Source: an uncultured bacterium (GTDB lineage: Bacteria > Zixibacteria > MSB-5A5 > UBA10806). Taken from it: a DNA stretch of 64,000 nt. Made by a program: the position numbers and the translations under genes. Below the pieces are notes generated by a model that was given only the letters and a program-made list of their open reading frames with translations, made no database searches and was not told the origin of the DNA. Below are positions 28,165 through 38,325 of the stretch, in pieces. Where the stretch lies: positions 32,001-96,000 of the forward strand of contig CBEUCH010000011.1 in assembly GCA_965541585.1 (NCBI GenBank). The letters are read 5' to 3'. The stretch's first letter is position 1, and the number at the start of each line of letters is the position of its first letter.

Positions 28165-31100
28165 ATGTATATTTCTAATGTTTCGGTAAAAAGACCGGTA
28201 TTTACCACCATGGTCACGATAGCCCTGCTTGTACTGGGGGCAGTCTCTTACAACCGGATGGGCGTCGATCTCTTCCCCGATATAGACTTTCCTTTCGTAA
28301 TCATCACGACGGTATATCCGGGAGCGGGCCCGGATGCTGTATCCACCGATGTGACTCAGAAGATTGAGGATGCGGTTAATCCGATTTCCGGGGTCAAACA
28401 TATAGAATCGACATCGAGTGAAGGGATGTCTCTTGTTTTCGTTGAATTCACGCTTGAAACCAAGGGTATCGAAGCGGCGCAGGAGGTGCGTGAAAAGATT
28501 TCCGTCATAAGATCGGAACTGCCGCGCGACATCGAAGAACCGATCGTCCAGAGATACGATCCAGAATCAGAGGCAATAATATCGATTGTCATGGGTGGCG
28601 ACAGACCTCCCAAGGAGCTCACTTCGCTGGCTGATAAGCTGATCAAGGAAAAATTAGAATCGATTGAAGGTGTTGGAGCCGTAGCCATTGTTGGCGGCAG
28701 TGAACGGGAGTTTCAGGTTTTGCTCGATCTCGATGCCGTGAATGCCAGAATGCTGGCGTTCGATGATATCGCTTCCGCCATTTCCAATTCGAATTTCGAG
28801 CTTCCCGGCGGGCACCTGAACCAGGGGGAAAGCGAAATCCTGGTTCGCACCATGGGTCGCTTTGAGAGTGTCGAAGATATCAGGAATGTCATCATCAAGA
28901 ACACTAAAGGAAAGGTAATTCGTCTGGGCGATATTGCCACGGTCGCGGACACGATCGCCGAGAGGCGCGGCCTGGCCCGTTATGATGGCAAGGAAGCCGT
29001 CACTCTCGAAGTAAGACGGCAATCCGGGACTAACACCGTGGAGGTGGCCAGGGCGGTGAAGAAAAAGCTGGAGGAAATAAATCTACAGCTTCCTTCAGGC
29101 GTGACTGCGGAAGTTGCCCAGGATAATTCTATCTTCATCGAGGAATCACTGCACGACGTTCAGATAACCATAGTCGTCGCGGGGGCGCTGGCGATTCTGG
29201 CCATATTCTTGTTCCTGGCAAATATCCCCTCTACCATTATAACAGCCGTGGCTATACCGACATCGATTGTGGCAACCTTCACGGCTATGGAGTTTTTGGG
29301 GTTCACACTCAACATGATGTCGCTTATGGCGCTGTCACTGGCCGTAGGGCTCTTGGTTGATGACGCTATTGTTGTAATCGAAAATATCTACAGACACCTG
29401 GCCGGCGGGGAGTCACCGGTCGATGCCGCCAGAAACGGCACATCGGAAATCGGCCTGGCAGTGATGGCGACCACGTTTTCAATCGTGGTCGTGTTTTTGC
29501 CGGTGGCGTTCATGTCCGGTATTGTCGGTCGATTTTTCTACCAATTTGGCCTGACTATTGCGGTGGCGGTTATGGTCTCGTTGTTCATAGCTTTTACTCT
29601 TACTCCGATGCTGGCCTCGAAATTCCTGGAGAAGGAAAAGCCATTAAAGAGAGAATCTAGAAATCCTATCACTGTCGTACTCTCTTACTGGAACCACTTC
29701 TTCAAGAAGTTCGGTGATTTTTACAGGGTCGCCCTGGCATGGGTTCTGAAACATAGACTCGTGACCCTGACTATGGCCATCGGCGGATTCGCGATCTCGA
29801 TCTATCTTGCAGGCTTTTTAGGTAATGAATTTATCCCTCCATCGGATCGTGCGGAGTTGTATGTTAATTTCAAGGCCATGCCGGGCTCGAGCCTGCAGAG
29901 GACATCGTATCTGGCAAGTCAGCTTGAAGAAAGAATCGCGTCTCATGACGATATCGTAAGACATCAGTTGCTGACAATCGGCGGCGGGGTTACTCCGATC
30001 AATGAGGGCCTGATTTATATTAAACTGACGGAAAAAAGCGATCGCGACGAATCAGTATTTCAATTTATGGATATTCTCCGCAAGGAATTATCCGAGGTCC
30101 CGGGGCTATCGATGAGCATAGCTATCGAACCCGGCCATGGGGGGGCAGGCAGGCTCGTCGAGTATTCCATAAGAGGCCCGGACTATGATCGGCTGAAGGA
30201 TCTCGCGATTTCATTAGAGCAGATGATGAAAGAAACGCCGGGCGCCGTGGACGTGGACAACAGCGAGAAACAGGCCCGGCCGGAGCTTCAAGTTGAAGTC
30301 GATAGAGATCTGGCCAAGGATCTGGGATTGACTATTGCAGATATAGGCATCGGCGTAAGAAACATGGTTGACGGATCTCCCGTCAGCAGGTTCAAGGAGG
30401 GGGACGAGGAGTACGATATCAGGGTCCAGTTGGCATCTCAATACAGGATCGATATCGAGAATTTAAACAATATATATATCACCTCTGAAAAACAGATCAG
30501 GGGAGAGGATATGTATGTTCCCCTTCGGCAGGTGGCCCGGATTTTCGAAAAGAAAGCTCCCACGGAGATCCGTCGTTTCGATCGCCAGCGCGAGATCAGG
30601 GTCGGTTCCAATGCCGCAACAGGCTTCACCATGGGCGATGTTCTTGGACCGGTAAATAGCAGGATGGGAAACCTCGATATCCGTCCCGGATATTCAATCA
30701 CTCCGGTTGGCGAGGCTGAGATTCAACAGGAATCTTTCGCCGAAATATATATCGCTCTTATGCTGGCAGTAATCTTCGTCTATTTACTTTTGGCCTCGCA
30801 GTTCGAATCATTCTTAGATCCATTCGCCATGGGGATGTCACTTTTAATGGCGCCCATGGGAGCGATCCTCGGACTTTTCATCTTTGGATCCTCCATATCC
30901 CTTATGTCTCTTATCGGGATCGTGTTCTTGATGGGATTGGTCACCAAGAACGCCATATTGCTTATCGATTTTATAAAGCAGGCCCGACGTCGCGGAATGG
31001 GCCGCACGGAGGCAATTCTACAGGCGGGACCGATCAGACTCCGGCCCATTATGATGACCACTCTCTCGATGATCTTCGCCATGCTGCCCCTGGCCTTTGG

Positions 31101-31311
31101 CGTCGGTCCCGGGGCCGAGTTCCGGGCGCCGATGGCGCAGGCGGTTATAGGCGGATTGACATCGTCCACTCTTTTAACATTGATCATTGTTCCGATAGTC
31201 TATACATTATTGGATGATATGGTAGCATTTGTCACCGGAAAGCGGAAGAAATCGAGAGCAGAGCTCGCCGCTGGAACCGGGGCCGAGGGTCTCGTAGTTG
31301 ATGATAAATAA
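28165..31311 (+). CDS. RND efflux transporter permease (AcrB/D/F family)
   Basis: [37 protein letters not shown]; 1048 aa. Confidence 0.95.
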   Translation: MYISNVSVKRPVFTTMVTIALLVLGAVSYNRMGVDLFPDIDFPFVIITTVYPGAGPDAVSTDVTQKIEDAVNPISGVKHIESTSSEGMSLVFVEFTLETKGIEAAQEVREKISVIRSELPRDIEEPIVQRYDPESEAIISIVMGGDRPPKELTSLADKLIKEKLESIEGVGAVAIVGGSEREFQVLLDLDAVNARMLAFDDIASAISNSNFELPGGHLNQGESEILVRTMGRFESVEDIRNVIIKNTKGKVIRLGDIATVADTIAERRGLARYDGKEAVTLEVRRQSGTNTVEVARAVKKKLEEINLQLPSGVTAEVAQDNSIFIEESLHDVQITIVVAGALAILAIFLFLANIPSTIITAVAIPTSIVATFTAMEFLGFTLNMMSLMALSLAVGLLVDDAIVVIENIYRHLAGGESPVDAARNGTSEIGLAVMATTFSIVVVFLPVAFMSGIVGRFFYQFGLTIAVAVMVSLFIAFTLTPMLASKFLEKEKPLKRESRNPITVVLSYWNHFFKKFGDFYRVALAWVLKHRLVTLTMAIGGFAISIYLAGFLGNEFIPPSDRAELYVNFKAMPGSSLQRTSYLASQLEERIASHDDIVRHQLLTIGGGVTPINEGLIYIKLTEKSDRDESVFQFMDILRKELSEVPGLSMSIAIEPGHGGAGRLVEYSIRGPDYDRLKDLAISLEQMMKETPGAVDVDNSEKQARPELQVEVDRDLAKDLGLTIADIGIGVRNMVDGSPVSRFKEGDEEYDIRVQLASQYRIDIENLNNIYITSEKQIRGEDMYVPLRQVARIFEKKAPTEIRRFDRQREIRVGSNAATGFTMGDVLGPVNSRMGNLDIRPGYSITPVGEAEIQQESFAEIYIALMLAVIFVYLLLASQFESFLDPFAMGMSLLMAPMGAILGLFIFGSSISLMSLIGIVFLMGLVTKNAILLIDFIKQARRRGMGRTEAILQAGPIRLRPIMMTTLSMIFAMLPLAFGVGPGAEFRAPMAQAVIGGLTSSTLLTLIIVPIVYTLLDDMVAFVTGKRKKSRAELAAGTGAEGLVVDDK

Positions 31312-32939
31312 TGTTGCCTGTCAAATTCGATAAGCTCTCCGGAAGCACTAAGCTTTTTCTGGATTTCATAAACTTTACCGGAGCCGCTCCCCGGTTCTAT
31401 AAATATGATTTCAGGGATCCCTCATCGTATGTGAAGGCAGCTGAACGAATTGACCGAAAATCTTACAAGAGAGAAGAACTGGTCTCCATTATACGAGATG
31501 CCACACATCATTTGAACTTACCGGAAAAAACGAAGGCTAATATTGATAAACTTGCAAACTCCGAGTGCCTTGTCGTCTTCGCCGGTCAGCAGGTCGGGAT
31601 GCTTCTGGGGCCGATGTATACGGTCATAAAGGCGCTTACAGCGTTCAAGTTAGCGTCGAAACTTGAATCCGAATTGGGCCGGCTGGTCGTTCCGTGTTTT
31701 TGGATGGCCACCGACGATCACGATTTCGATGAGATCAAAGACGTTCGCATGTTGAACCGGGCAGGGGAATGTATGGAAATCTCCTATGAACCTGTCTCTC
31801 CTCCGGCTGGCGCCCCGATGGCCGATGTCTTGCTCGATGACAGGATTGAGGATCTGATCAGCCAGGTGGAAAAAAATCTACTGGAGACCGAATTCACCGG
31901 TCATATCAAGAATCTATTGGAGAGCAGCTATATGCCCGGCAAACATCTGTCCGAGGCCTTCGCCGTTTTGTTCAATCAACTAATGGAAGATTTCGGCATT
32001 GTGCCGATAGATCCTAATTATCCTGATCTTAAGAAGATCATGGCGCCGGTGTTCCGCCGCGAAATTGAAAATCACAACGAGATATTCGAGAATCTTGAAA
32101 GACGATCATTGGATATTATCAGCGCCGGCCGCCACAGGCAGGTTCACAAGACCGGTGATACTCTTAATCTATTTATCAATAAGAATGGTAGAAGAAATAT
32201 AATTGTCGAGAAACGCAGGTTTCGCCTTGACGGTCATGACGGTATTTACAGCGGAGAACAGCTTCTGGAGATGCTGGATAAATCTCCGGAAAAGTTTTCG
32301 CCGAATGTCTGTCTGAGGCCCATAGCGCAATGTCTGGCATTTCCCACCGTCTGCCAGGTCGTGGGGCCGTCGGAGGCGGCATATTTTGCACAGATACAAC
32401 CTCTTTTCGATTACCTGAATGTTCCCTGGCCGGTGGTTAAGCCGAGGATTTTCGCAACAATTGTCGAGCCCCATATACAAAAGATATTCAAAAAACTCTC
32501 TTTAGATTTCGCCTTTTTGTATGACGATACCGAGCATGAGATAAGCCGAGCCATCAAAGAGAAATTTCCCCCGGAGACTCAGCAGAAAGCCGAATCTCTG
32601 AGATCCGAAATAGATAAACCGCTTCGGGACCTATTGAAATCATTAGAGAATTCAGATTCTGAAAGCGGCCAGGCTATCGAACATACAAGGAAGAGGATTG
32701 ATCACGAAATGAACCATCTCTCTAAGAAACTATTTACTGCCCATAAGAAACGCCATGAGACAGTTAAAGGACAGATACATCGTGCCGCAAAATTCCTTTT
32801 TCCCGTCAGCAAATTTCAGGAACGGGTACTATCCCCGTTGTATTTTGCAAACAAATTCGGTCCGGGTATTTTCAAAGAGATCGAGAGTAAACTCGATATC
32901 GATTCTGTGGATCATCAGATTATAGAGATCGGGAAATGA
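31311..32939 (+). CDS. bshC: Bacillithiol biosynthesis cysteine-adding enzyme BshC
   Basis: GQQVGMLLGPMYT; FWMATDDHDFDEI; FSPNVCLRP; GPSEAAYFAQ; QERV. Confidence 0.9.
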   Translation: MLPVKFDKLSGSTKLFLDFINFTGAAPRFYKYDFRDPSSYVKAAERIDRKSYKREELVSIIRDATHHLNLPEKTKANIDKLANSECLVVFAGQQVGMLLGPMYTVIKALTAFKLASKLESELGRLVVPCFWMATDDHDFDEIKDVRMLNRAGECMEISYEPVSPPAGAPMADVLLDDRIEDLISQVEKNLLETEFTGHIKNLLESSYMPGKHLSEAFAVLFNQLMEDFGIVPIDPNYPDLKKIMAPVFRREIENHNEIFENLERRSLDIISAGRHRQVHKTGDTLNLFINKNGRRNIIVEKRRFRLDGHDGIYSGEQLLEMLDKSPEKFSPNVCLRPIAQCLAFPTVCQVVGPSEAAYFAQIQPLFDYLNVPWPVVKPRIFATIVEPHIQKIFKKLSLDFAFLYDDTEHEISRAIKEKFPPETQQKAESLRSEIDKPLRDLLKSLENSDSESGQAIEHTRKRIDHEMNHLSKKLFTAHKKRHETVKGQIHRAAKFLFPVSKFQERVLSPLYFANKFGPGIFKEIESKLDIDSVDHQIIEIGK

Positions 32940-34063
32940 AAGTTGGGATTGTATGTTATCCCGTCAAAGGCGGTTCCGGCGTCGTGGCCTCGGAGCTGGG
33001 ACTGGCGCTTTCGTCAGCCGGGGTGGAGGTTCATTTTTTTTCTTATGCGCTTCCTTTCCGGCTTACCGGATTTGATTCGAAATTTATTTTTCACGAAGTT
33101 GAGGTATCGAATTATCCGCTCTTTAAATATCCGCCCTATACGCTGTCGCTGGCGACCAGACTCGCCGAGGAATCGAAAAGGGTGGGACTCGACATTATCC
33201 ACGCTCATTATGCCATTCCTCATGCCGTCAGCGGCTATATCGCCAGGCAGATTCTGGGGCCCGGCGGACCGAAGTTGATAACAACGCTTCACGGCACTGA
33301 TATAACGCTGGTGGGGCAGGATTCTTCCTTTAGGGCCGTCACGAAATTCTCGATGGAGGCATCGGACGCCCTCACCGCCGTCAGCAAGTATATCTGTGAC
33401 AGCACGCGCGAATCATTCGGGATCAAAAAGCCGATAAAAGTAATCCCCAATTTCGTAGATATATCGAGGTTCAAGCCTGATCAGACGGGTTGCGACCGCT
33501 CGGAGTTGGCGTTGCCCGATGAGAAAATCATTATGCATATGTCAAACTACAGGCCCGTCAAGAACGCCGACGATGTAATCCGGATATTCAAAATCGTAAA
33601 TGAGAAAATACCTTCAAAACTGCTTCTCGTGGGCGACGGTCCGGAGGCTCCCAATGTACTATCGCTTGCCGAACGGATGGGATTGAAAGAAAAGACCATC
33701 TTCCTTGGCGGACAGGATATGGTCGAATCCGTTCTCTGCAAAGCGGATCTATTCCTCCTGCCCTCGGCCTCCGAAGGGTTTGGTCTAGCCGCTCTTGAAG
33801 CTCTGGCCTGCGGTGTGCCGGTGATTGGCTCTATCGTGGGAGGTCTGCCCGAACTGATCACCGATGGCGAAGTTGGATTTCTGGAGCCGATCGGGGATGT
33901 GGAGGCGATGGCGAAAAGATCAATCGAAATCCTCTCGGACGATATGCTTCATCAATCGATGTCAAAAAACGCTCGCAGGTTGACGGTTGAGAAATTCGAT
34001 ACCAGAGATATTGTCAAGGAATACCATCAGTTTTATGAAGAGGTTTTGACAAATGAGTTCTAA
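32936..34063 (+). CDS. bshA: N-acetyl-alpha-D-glucosaminyl L-malate synthase BshA
   Basis: CYPVKGGSGVVASELG; YPLFKYPPY; HAHYAIPHA; TTLHGTDITLVG; GT4 EGFGLAALEA. Confidence 0.93.
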   Translation: MKVGIVCYPVKGGSGVVASELGLALSSAGVEVHFFSYALPFRLTGFDSKFIFHEVEVSNYPLFKYPPYTLSLATRLAEESKRVGLDIIHAHYAIPHAVSGYIARQILGPGGPKLITTLHGTDITLVGQDSSFRAVTKFSMEASDALTAVSKYICDSTRESFGIKKPIKVIPNFVDISRFKPDQTGCDRSELALPDEKIIMHMSNYRPVKNADDVIRIFKIVNEKIPSKLLLVGDGPEAPNVLSLAERMGLKEKTIFLGGQDMVESVLCKADLFLLPSASEGFGLAALEALACGVPVIGSIVGGLPELITDGEVGFLEPIGDVEAMAKRSIEILSDDMLHQSMSKNARRLTVEKFDTRDIVKEYHQFYEEVLTNEF

Positions 34064-34781
34064 AAAAACCGTAAAGCTGGACGTTCTGGCCATAGCGGCG
34101 CACTGCGACGATACAGAGATTGTCTCGGGCGGCACCGTAATAAAGCTCGTCGACATGGGTTACGCCGTGGGGATTCTCGATCTGACCGCCGGAGAATCCG
34201 GCTCACGCGGTAATGCCGAGACGAGAACCAAAGAAGCTAAATGCGCCGCTAAGTTGATGGGATTGAAATACAGGCATAACCTGGGCCTTCCCGACGCCGG
34301 TCTCTACGATACGCAGGAGAATGCTCTTAAGGTAGCCGAGGTTATCAGACAGACTGAACCGGAGATGGTGATACTGCCGTACTGGGAGCAACGTCACCCT
34401 GACCACGCCGCGGCCAACCGCATAGGTTACCGGGGGTGTTTTCTGGCCGGACTCGATAAGATGCCGATCCCCGGCGAGGCGCACCGTCCCCGAAAAATCA
34501 TATACTCGACATCGTTTCATGATACGAAGCCCACGTTTGTTGTGGATATCACCGAGCAGTTCGAGCGGAAATGCCAGGCGGTGGCCTGCTATAAGACGCA
34601 GTTTAAGGAGAAACCGGGCCAGCGCGAGGTCTTTCCACCGGCTCGCAACATCTTCGATTACATGGAAATCAGAAACCGGCAGTATGGTTATATGATCGGC
34701 GTCCGCTACGGGGAATGCTTCATTCAGAAGGAAAAGCTCAAAGTCGATGATCCGCTGAAATTGCCGGGCAAATCGATATAG
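34053..34781 (+). CDS. bshB1: Bacillithiol biosynthesis deacetylase BshB1 (PIG-L family)
   Basis: AHCDD; DLTAGESGSRG; RHPDH; follows bshA. Confidence 0.88.
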   Translation: MSSKKTVKLDVLAIAAHCDDTEIVSGGTVIKLVDMGYAVGILDLTAGESGSRGNAETRTKEAKCAAKLMGLKYRHNLGLPDAGLYDTQENALKVAEVIRQTEPEMVILPYWEQRHPDHAAANRIGYRGCFLAGLDKMPIPGEAHRPRKIIYSTSFHDTKPTFVVDITEQFERKCQAVACYKTQFKEKPGQREVFPPARNIFDYMEIRNRQYGYMIGVRYGECFIQKEKLKVDDPLKLPGKSI

Positions 34782-34830
34782 AGAACCTTTCTGCAAGAAT
34801 AAATATCGTTTTGTCCCTATCCATTTTGCC

Positions 34831-34859
34831 TTGATTCGCCGGATGGCGATGACTATAAT
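34831..34859 (+). promoter_or_regulatory. Promoter of tRNA-Sec
   Basis: TTGATT-17 nt-TATAAT, ending 6 nt before the tRNA 5' end. Confidence 0.7.
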
Positions 34860-34865
34860 ATTTCC

Positions 34866-34958
34866 GGAAGAGGATGGGGTCTGGTGGCCCCTGCGGCCTT
34901 CAAAGCCGTTGGCGGCCGGTGTTCCCGGCCGCGGGAGGTTCGATTCCTCCCCCTTCCG
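34866..34958 (+). tRNA. selC: tRNA-Sec (anticodon UCA), CCA not encoded
   Basis: GGAAG 5' end; 6-bp D stem GGGGTC/GGCCCC with TGGT loop; anticodon loop CT-TCA-AA; long variable arm GCGGCCGG/CCGGCCGC; T arm GGAGG-TTCGATT-CCTCC; G discriminator; near selDAB. Confidence 0.95.
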
Positions 34959-35056
34959 GTGTTTAATGCGGGTTTACTCGCTTTAGTCGATAGATTCATG
35001 CGATTGCATAAACTCAAATCTCCCTTTCCGGTGCAAGGATCGTAATTAGACAATAG

Positions 35057-36196
35057 ATGGACAAAAAACCGATTCCTCTATGTGCGAATTGCCAGACGGC
35101 CATTGAAAGCCGATCCCTTGGTTATGGTGTGGTCTATATATGCAAGAATTGCGGCGGCACCGCCATAGGGATTAGCGCCTTGAAAAGACGTAATGCCGAT
35201 ATCAAATTTGTTAACGACATATGGCGCGAAACACGGGAACATCCGATTCTCGGAAATAAGGCATGTCCATTCTGTCTGAAGTTAATGAATAGTGTGCGAA
35301 GAAGTATAGAGGGCAAGGCATTCGAAGTAGATGTTTGCGCCAAATGTATGACGGTCTGGCTTGACGCAGGAGAGTCGGATTTTTTCCCAAAGACTGTTGA
35401 AGGCAAGGATCTATCTTATGCTGGAGATGACGGTCTATCCCCTGAGGCCCGCGAGGCGCTGGCGATCTTTAAAGTAAGAGAAAGAATACGTCAGGATATT
35501 GATGACGATTTCAAAAGCGAGTCTCCCGATTCAGCATCAAAGGTAATATTGACTATTCTGGGCTTTCCGGTTAAGTCGGGAGGGTCAACTCTAAACGTTG
35601 TCCCGTACGCCGTCTGGAGCATCGCGACGATTATAGTTCTGGCTTTTATCTTATCGTATTCAAATATCAATGATATTGCGCAACGCTGGGGAATGTTGCC
35701 TTCCGAATGGCACAGGAATTATGGCTTAACGTTTGTTACTTCATTTTTCCTTCACGCCGACTTTTTTCATTTGGTCTATAACCTCTATTTTTTCATGCTA
35801 TTCGGGAGCCATGCTGAACAGAATCTGGGGAAATGGCGTTTTATTCTCCTTGTTCTTTTTTCGCATCTGGTCGGGATTTTCTGCCATTTCCTGTTAAGTC
35901 CGGATGCAACGATTTCCGTGATCGGCGCCAGCGCCGGGATCTCGGGAGTTCTGGCATATTATGCTATCATGTATCCAAAAGATAAAATAACGATATTCTA
36001 TCTATTCTACTTTCAGTACGGTTGGCTACGACTGTCAGTGATATATGCTTTCGCGATCCATTTGATATTTCAAATAACCGGCCTGGTTTCACAACTGCTG
36101 GGAATGTCGCCGATTTCGTATATCGCTCATCTCGGGGGTATTCTTGTCGGCGTATGGACGGCTTTCTGGATCAAAAGCAGTATTAAAGAAGGCTGA
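35057..36196 (+). CDS. Rhomboid intramembrane serine protease with N-terminal zinc ribbons
   Basis: Four CxxC pairs; HADFFHLVYN; GASAG catalytic Ser; AHLGG catalytic His. Confidence 0.9.
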   Translation: MDKKPIPLCANCQTAIESRSLGYGVVYICKNCGGTAIGISALKRRNADIKFVNDIWRETREHPILGNKACPFCLKLMNSVRRSIEGKAFEVDVCAKCMTVWLDAGESDFFPKTVEGKDLSYAGDDGLSPEAREALAIFKVRERIRQDIDDDFKSESPDSASKVILTILGFPVKSGGSTLNVVPYAVWSIATIIVLAFILSYSNINDIAQRWGMLPSEWHRNYGLTFVTSFFLHADFFHLVYNLYFFMLFGSHAEQNLGKWRFILLVLFSHLVGIFCHFLLSPDATISVIGASAGISGVLAYYAIMYPKDKITIFYLFYFQYGWLRLSVIYAFAIHLIFQITGLVSQLLGMSPISYIAHLGGILVGVWTAFWIKSSIKEG

Positions 36197-36384
36197 TCTG
36201 AGAAGCTATCGTTCTCCTAGCGTACGAGAAATCTCTTTTTAGGAAATTGTGCAAGTTCAGAAGCCATGGTACCTAAAGCAGAAAGATTTTCCCCCCTTCC
36301 GGCTTTTTAGTGGAATAAAACGTCTCTTTTGGCGTATATTGTTTCAGTAATGGTTTATGTCCCGAAATAATAGCGTAGAAGTCC

Positions 36385-38319
36385 ATGCTTAAAAGAGTGA
36401 AAAGTCTCGCTCCGACGGTATGCATTAGTGTCTTTTTGCTTAACTGCATTATCGCTAATAGTGGAGAGTTCAATTTCGAAAAAGCCTATATGTGGTATAA
36501 TATCCGGGACGCCGGAATGAAGGGAGAATATATTTTCTGCGGTCTCGATGAAGGCCTTCTGGTACTGGATGGCACGGACCTGCAAAACGTCTCCGTCGCC
36601 GGCCAGGCCATCGATGGCAAATACCTGGGGAAATACCAATGGTATTCGGAAATGGCTATTGAAGGTGATTATGTTTATATGGCTAGATACGGTGGCGGAC
36701 TGTCCATATTCGAAATAACGGATCCCGAATCTCCTTCGGTTGTCGCCAATTACGAGGGATATATTACTGATGTTTTCGTTTCAAACGAAAGTGCTTATAT
36801 TACCATTAAAGAGTGCTGTCTTGAGATATTGGATGTTTCAAAACCCGTGGAGCCTCAAAAGAAGGGAGTGATCCCCGTTGAAGGGAAAGTAGAGGACGTA
36901 TTCGTAAATGGCGATTATCTCTTTATCGTTAATTCCGAAATCGACCGTGAATATTATGAGAAGGTTATTTCAAACAGTTGCCTCCAAATATATGATGTGG
37001 AAGACAGTGAGGAGCCTCGGATTGTCAGCGAATACAGTTTCGAAAACTCTGCTCGATCGATATTCGTAAGGGACGGCTACGCTTATGTTCTGGTAGATGA
37101 AACCGGAATGGAAATCATCGATGTTCGGGATCCGTATAATCCCGAAAGTATAGCCATAGGCAATTGCGATACCGGGGGATTATGCGCTGAAATCAAGCTG
37201 GAGGGATCCTACGCTTATTTATCTCCGACGCGTGGTACCTACTGCGTGTTTGATATCTCCGATCCGTCGAATCCAAAATTGATTAACGACGATCCATTCC
37301 CTTTGGCGGGATGCAGATTTTCCGTCAATGATAGTATTGCTATTTTTGAAACACGCGATCTCGGCATGTTTTCCGAAGGTTGGGCCATTGTCGATGTTAA
37401 AGATCCTCAACGGATTTCCATTATCAAAGATCAACGAGTAGATCAGCACATTCAGGACGCAGCAATTTCCGGAGATTATGCTTACGTACTAGAATGGGAG
37501 AATGGCTTGACCATTCTCGACCTCCGGCAAAAGCCGGGGAATGCGGTGGTATCGCATCTGGATATCGATGGGCATTGCGAAGAAATCATGGTGCATAGGA
37601 ATCATGCATATATACTTCGCAATGGCGGAAGCATGATAATAGTGGATATTTCTGACCCGGAGCTTCCTCAAATAGCTTCGGAATACGGGAAAGAATTGTA
37701 TATAGAAACGTTGTTAGCAAGGGACGACTACCTGTTTGCGGGCAGGCGAGACTATATAGATGTCCTCGACGTTTCCAAGCCTCCTGATCTTCAATATGTG
37801 AAGAGAATCGTAGCAACGGACCGAGTAGAATTCATAAGCATCGTGAATGAATACATGTATGTTTGTGCGGACGACTTCCAGATATTCGATGCCAGTGACA
37901 TACTCAACCCTGTGTTTCTCGGGAGTTACGGAGTGAAGTATCCCAGATCGATTCAGGTAAGGGATAACTTCGCGTTTATTGCGGCGGGTAATGAAGGGCT
38001 CGAGATTCTCGATATTACAAACCCAGCACATATTAAAAGCGTGTCCTCAATTAAACCGAAACAGATTGATGAAAGAAAGGAAAACCATGCTTCTTACGGA
38101 GTCTATTATAGTAAGGTAGTGCTCGACGGGGATCATGCCTTTGTTCTTACGAGGATGGATATGAAAGCTGTAGTGGCAATAGATATTTCCGATCCATACC
38201 ATCCGTTCTACGACGGCGAATTCGGCGGGATTTTCTCAGCGGATCATATAGTATTTTCACAGGGTCAAATCTACGTGCCCCAATTGTCTAATCTTCTTGT
38301 TCTCAAATACGAAAGGTAA
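36385..38319 (+). CDS. Secreted LVIVD-repeat protein
   Basis: Signal peptide; many repeats of the type YAYV...GLEILDISDP..P. Confidence 0.85.
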   Translation: MLKRVKSLAPTVCISVFLLNCIIANSGEFNFEKAYMWYNIRDAGMKGEYIFCGLDEGLLVLDGTDLQNVSVAGQAIDGKYLGKYQWYSEMAIEGDYVYMARYGGGLSIFEITDPESPSVVANYEGYITDVFVSNESAYITIKECCLEILDVSKPVEPQKKGVIPVEGKVEDVFVNGDYLFIVNSEIDREYYEKVISNSCLQIYDVEDSEEPRIVSEYSFENSARSIFVRDGYAYVLVDETGMEIIDVRDPYNPESIAIGNCDTGGLCAEIKLEGSYAYLSPTRGTYCVFDISDPSNPKLINDDPFPLAGCRFSVNDSIAIFETRDLGMFSEGWAIVDVKDPQRISIIKDQRVDQHIQDAAISGDYAYVLEWENGLTILDLRQKPGNAVVSHLDIDGHCEEIMVHRNHAYILRNGGSMIIVDISDPELPQIASEYGKELYIETLLARDDYLFAGRRDYIDVLDVSKPPDLQYVKRIVATDRVEFISIVNEYMYVCADDFQIFDASDILNPVFLGSYGVKYPRSIQVRDNFAFIAAGNEGLEILDITNPAHIKSVSSIKPKQIDERKENHASYGVYYSKVVLDGDHAFVLTRMDMKAVVAIDISDPYHPFYDGEFGGIFSADHIVFSQGQIYVPQLSNLLVLKYER

Positions 38320-38325
38320 GGGGAT

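Noticed and set aside
34853..35053. 66-aa minus-strand ORF
   Set aside because: Antisense shadow of the tRNA-Sec gene.
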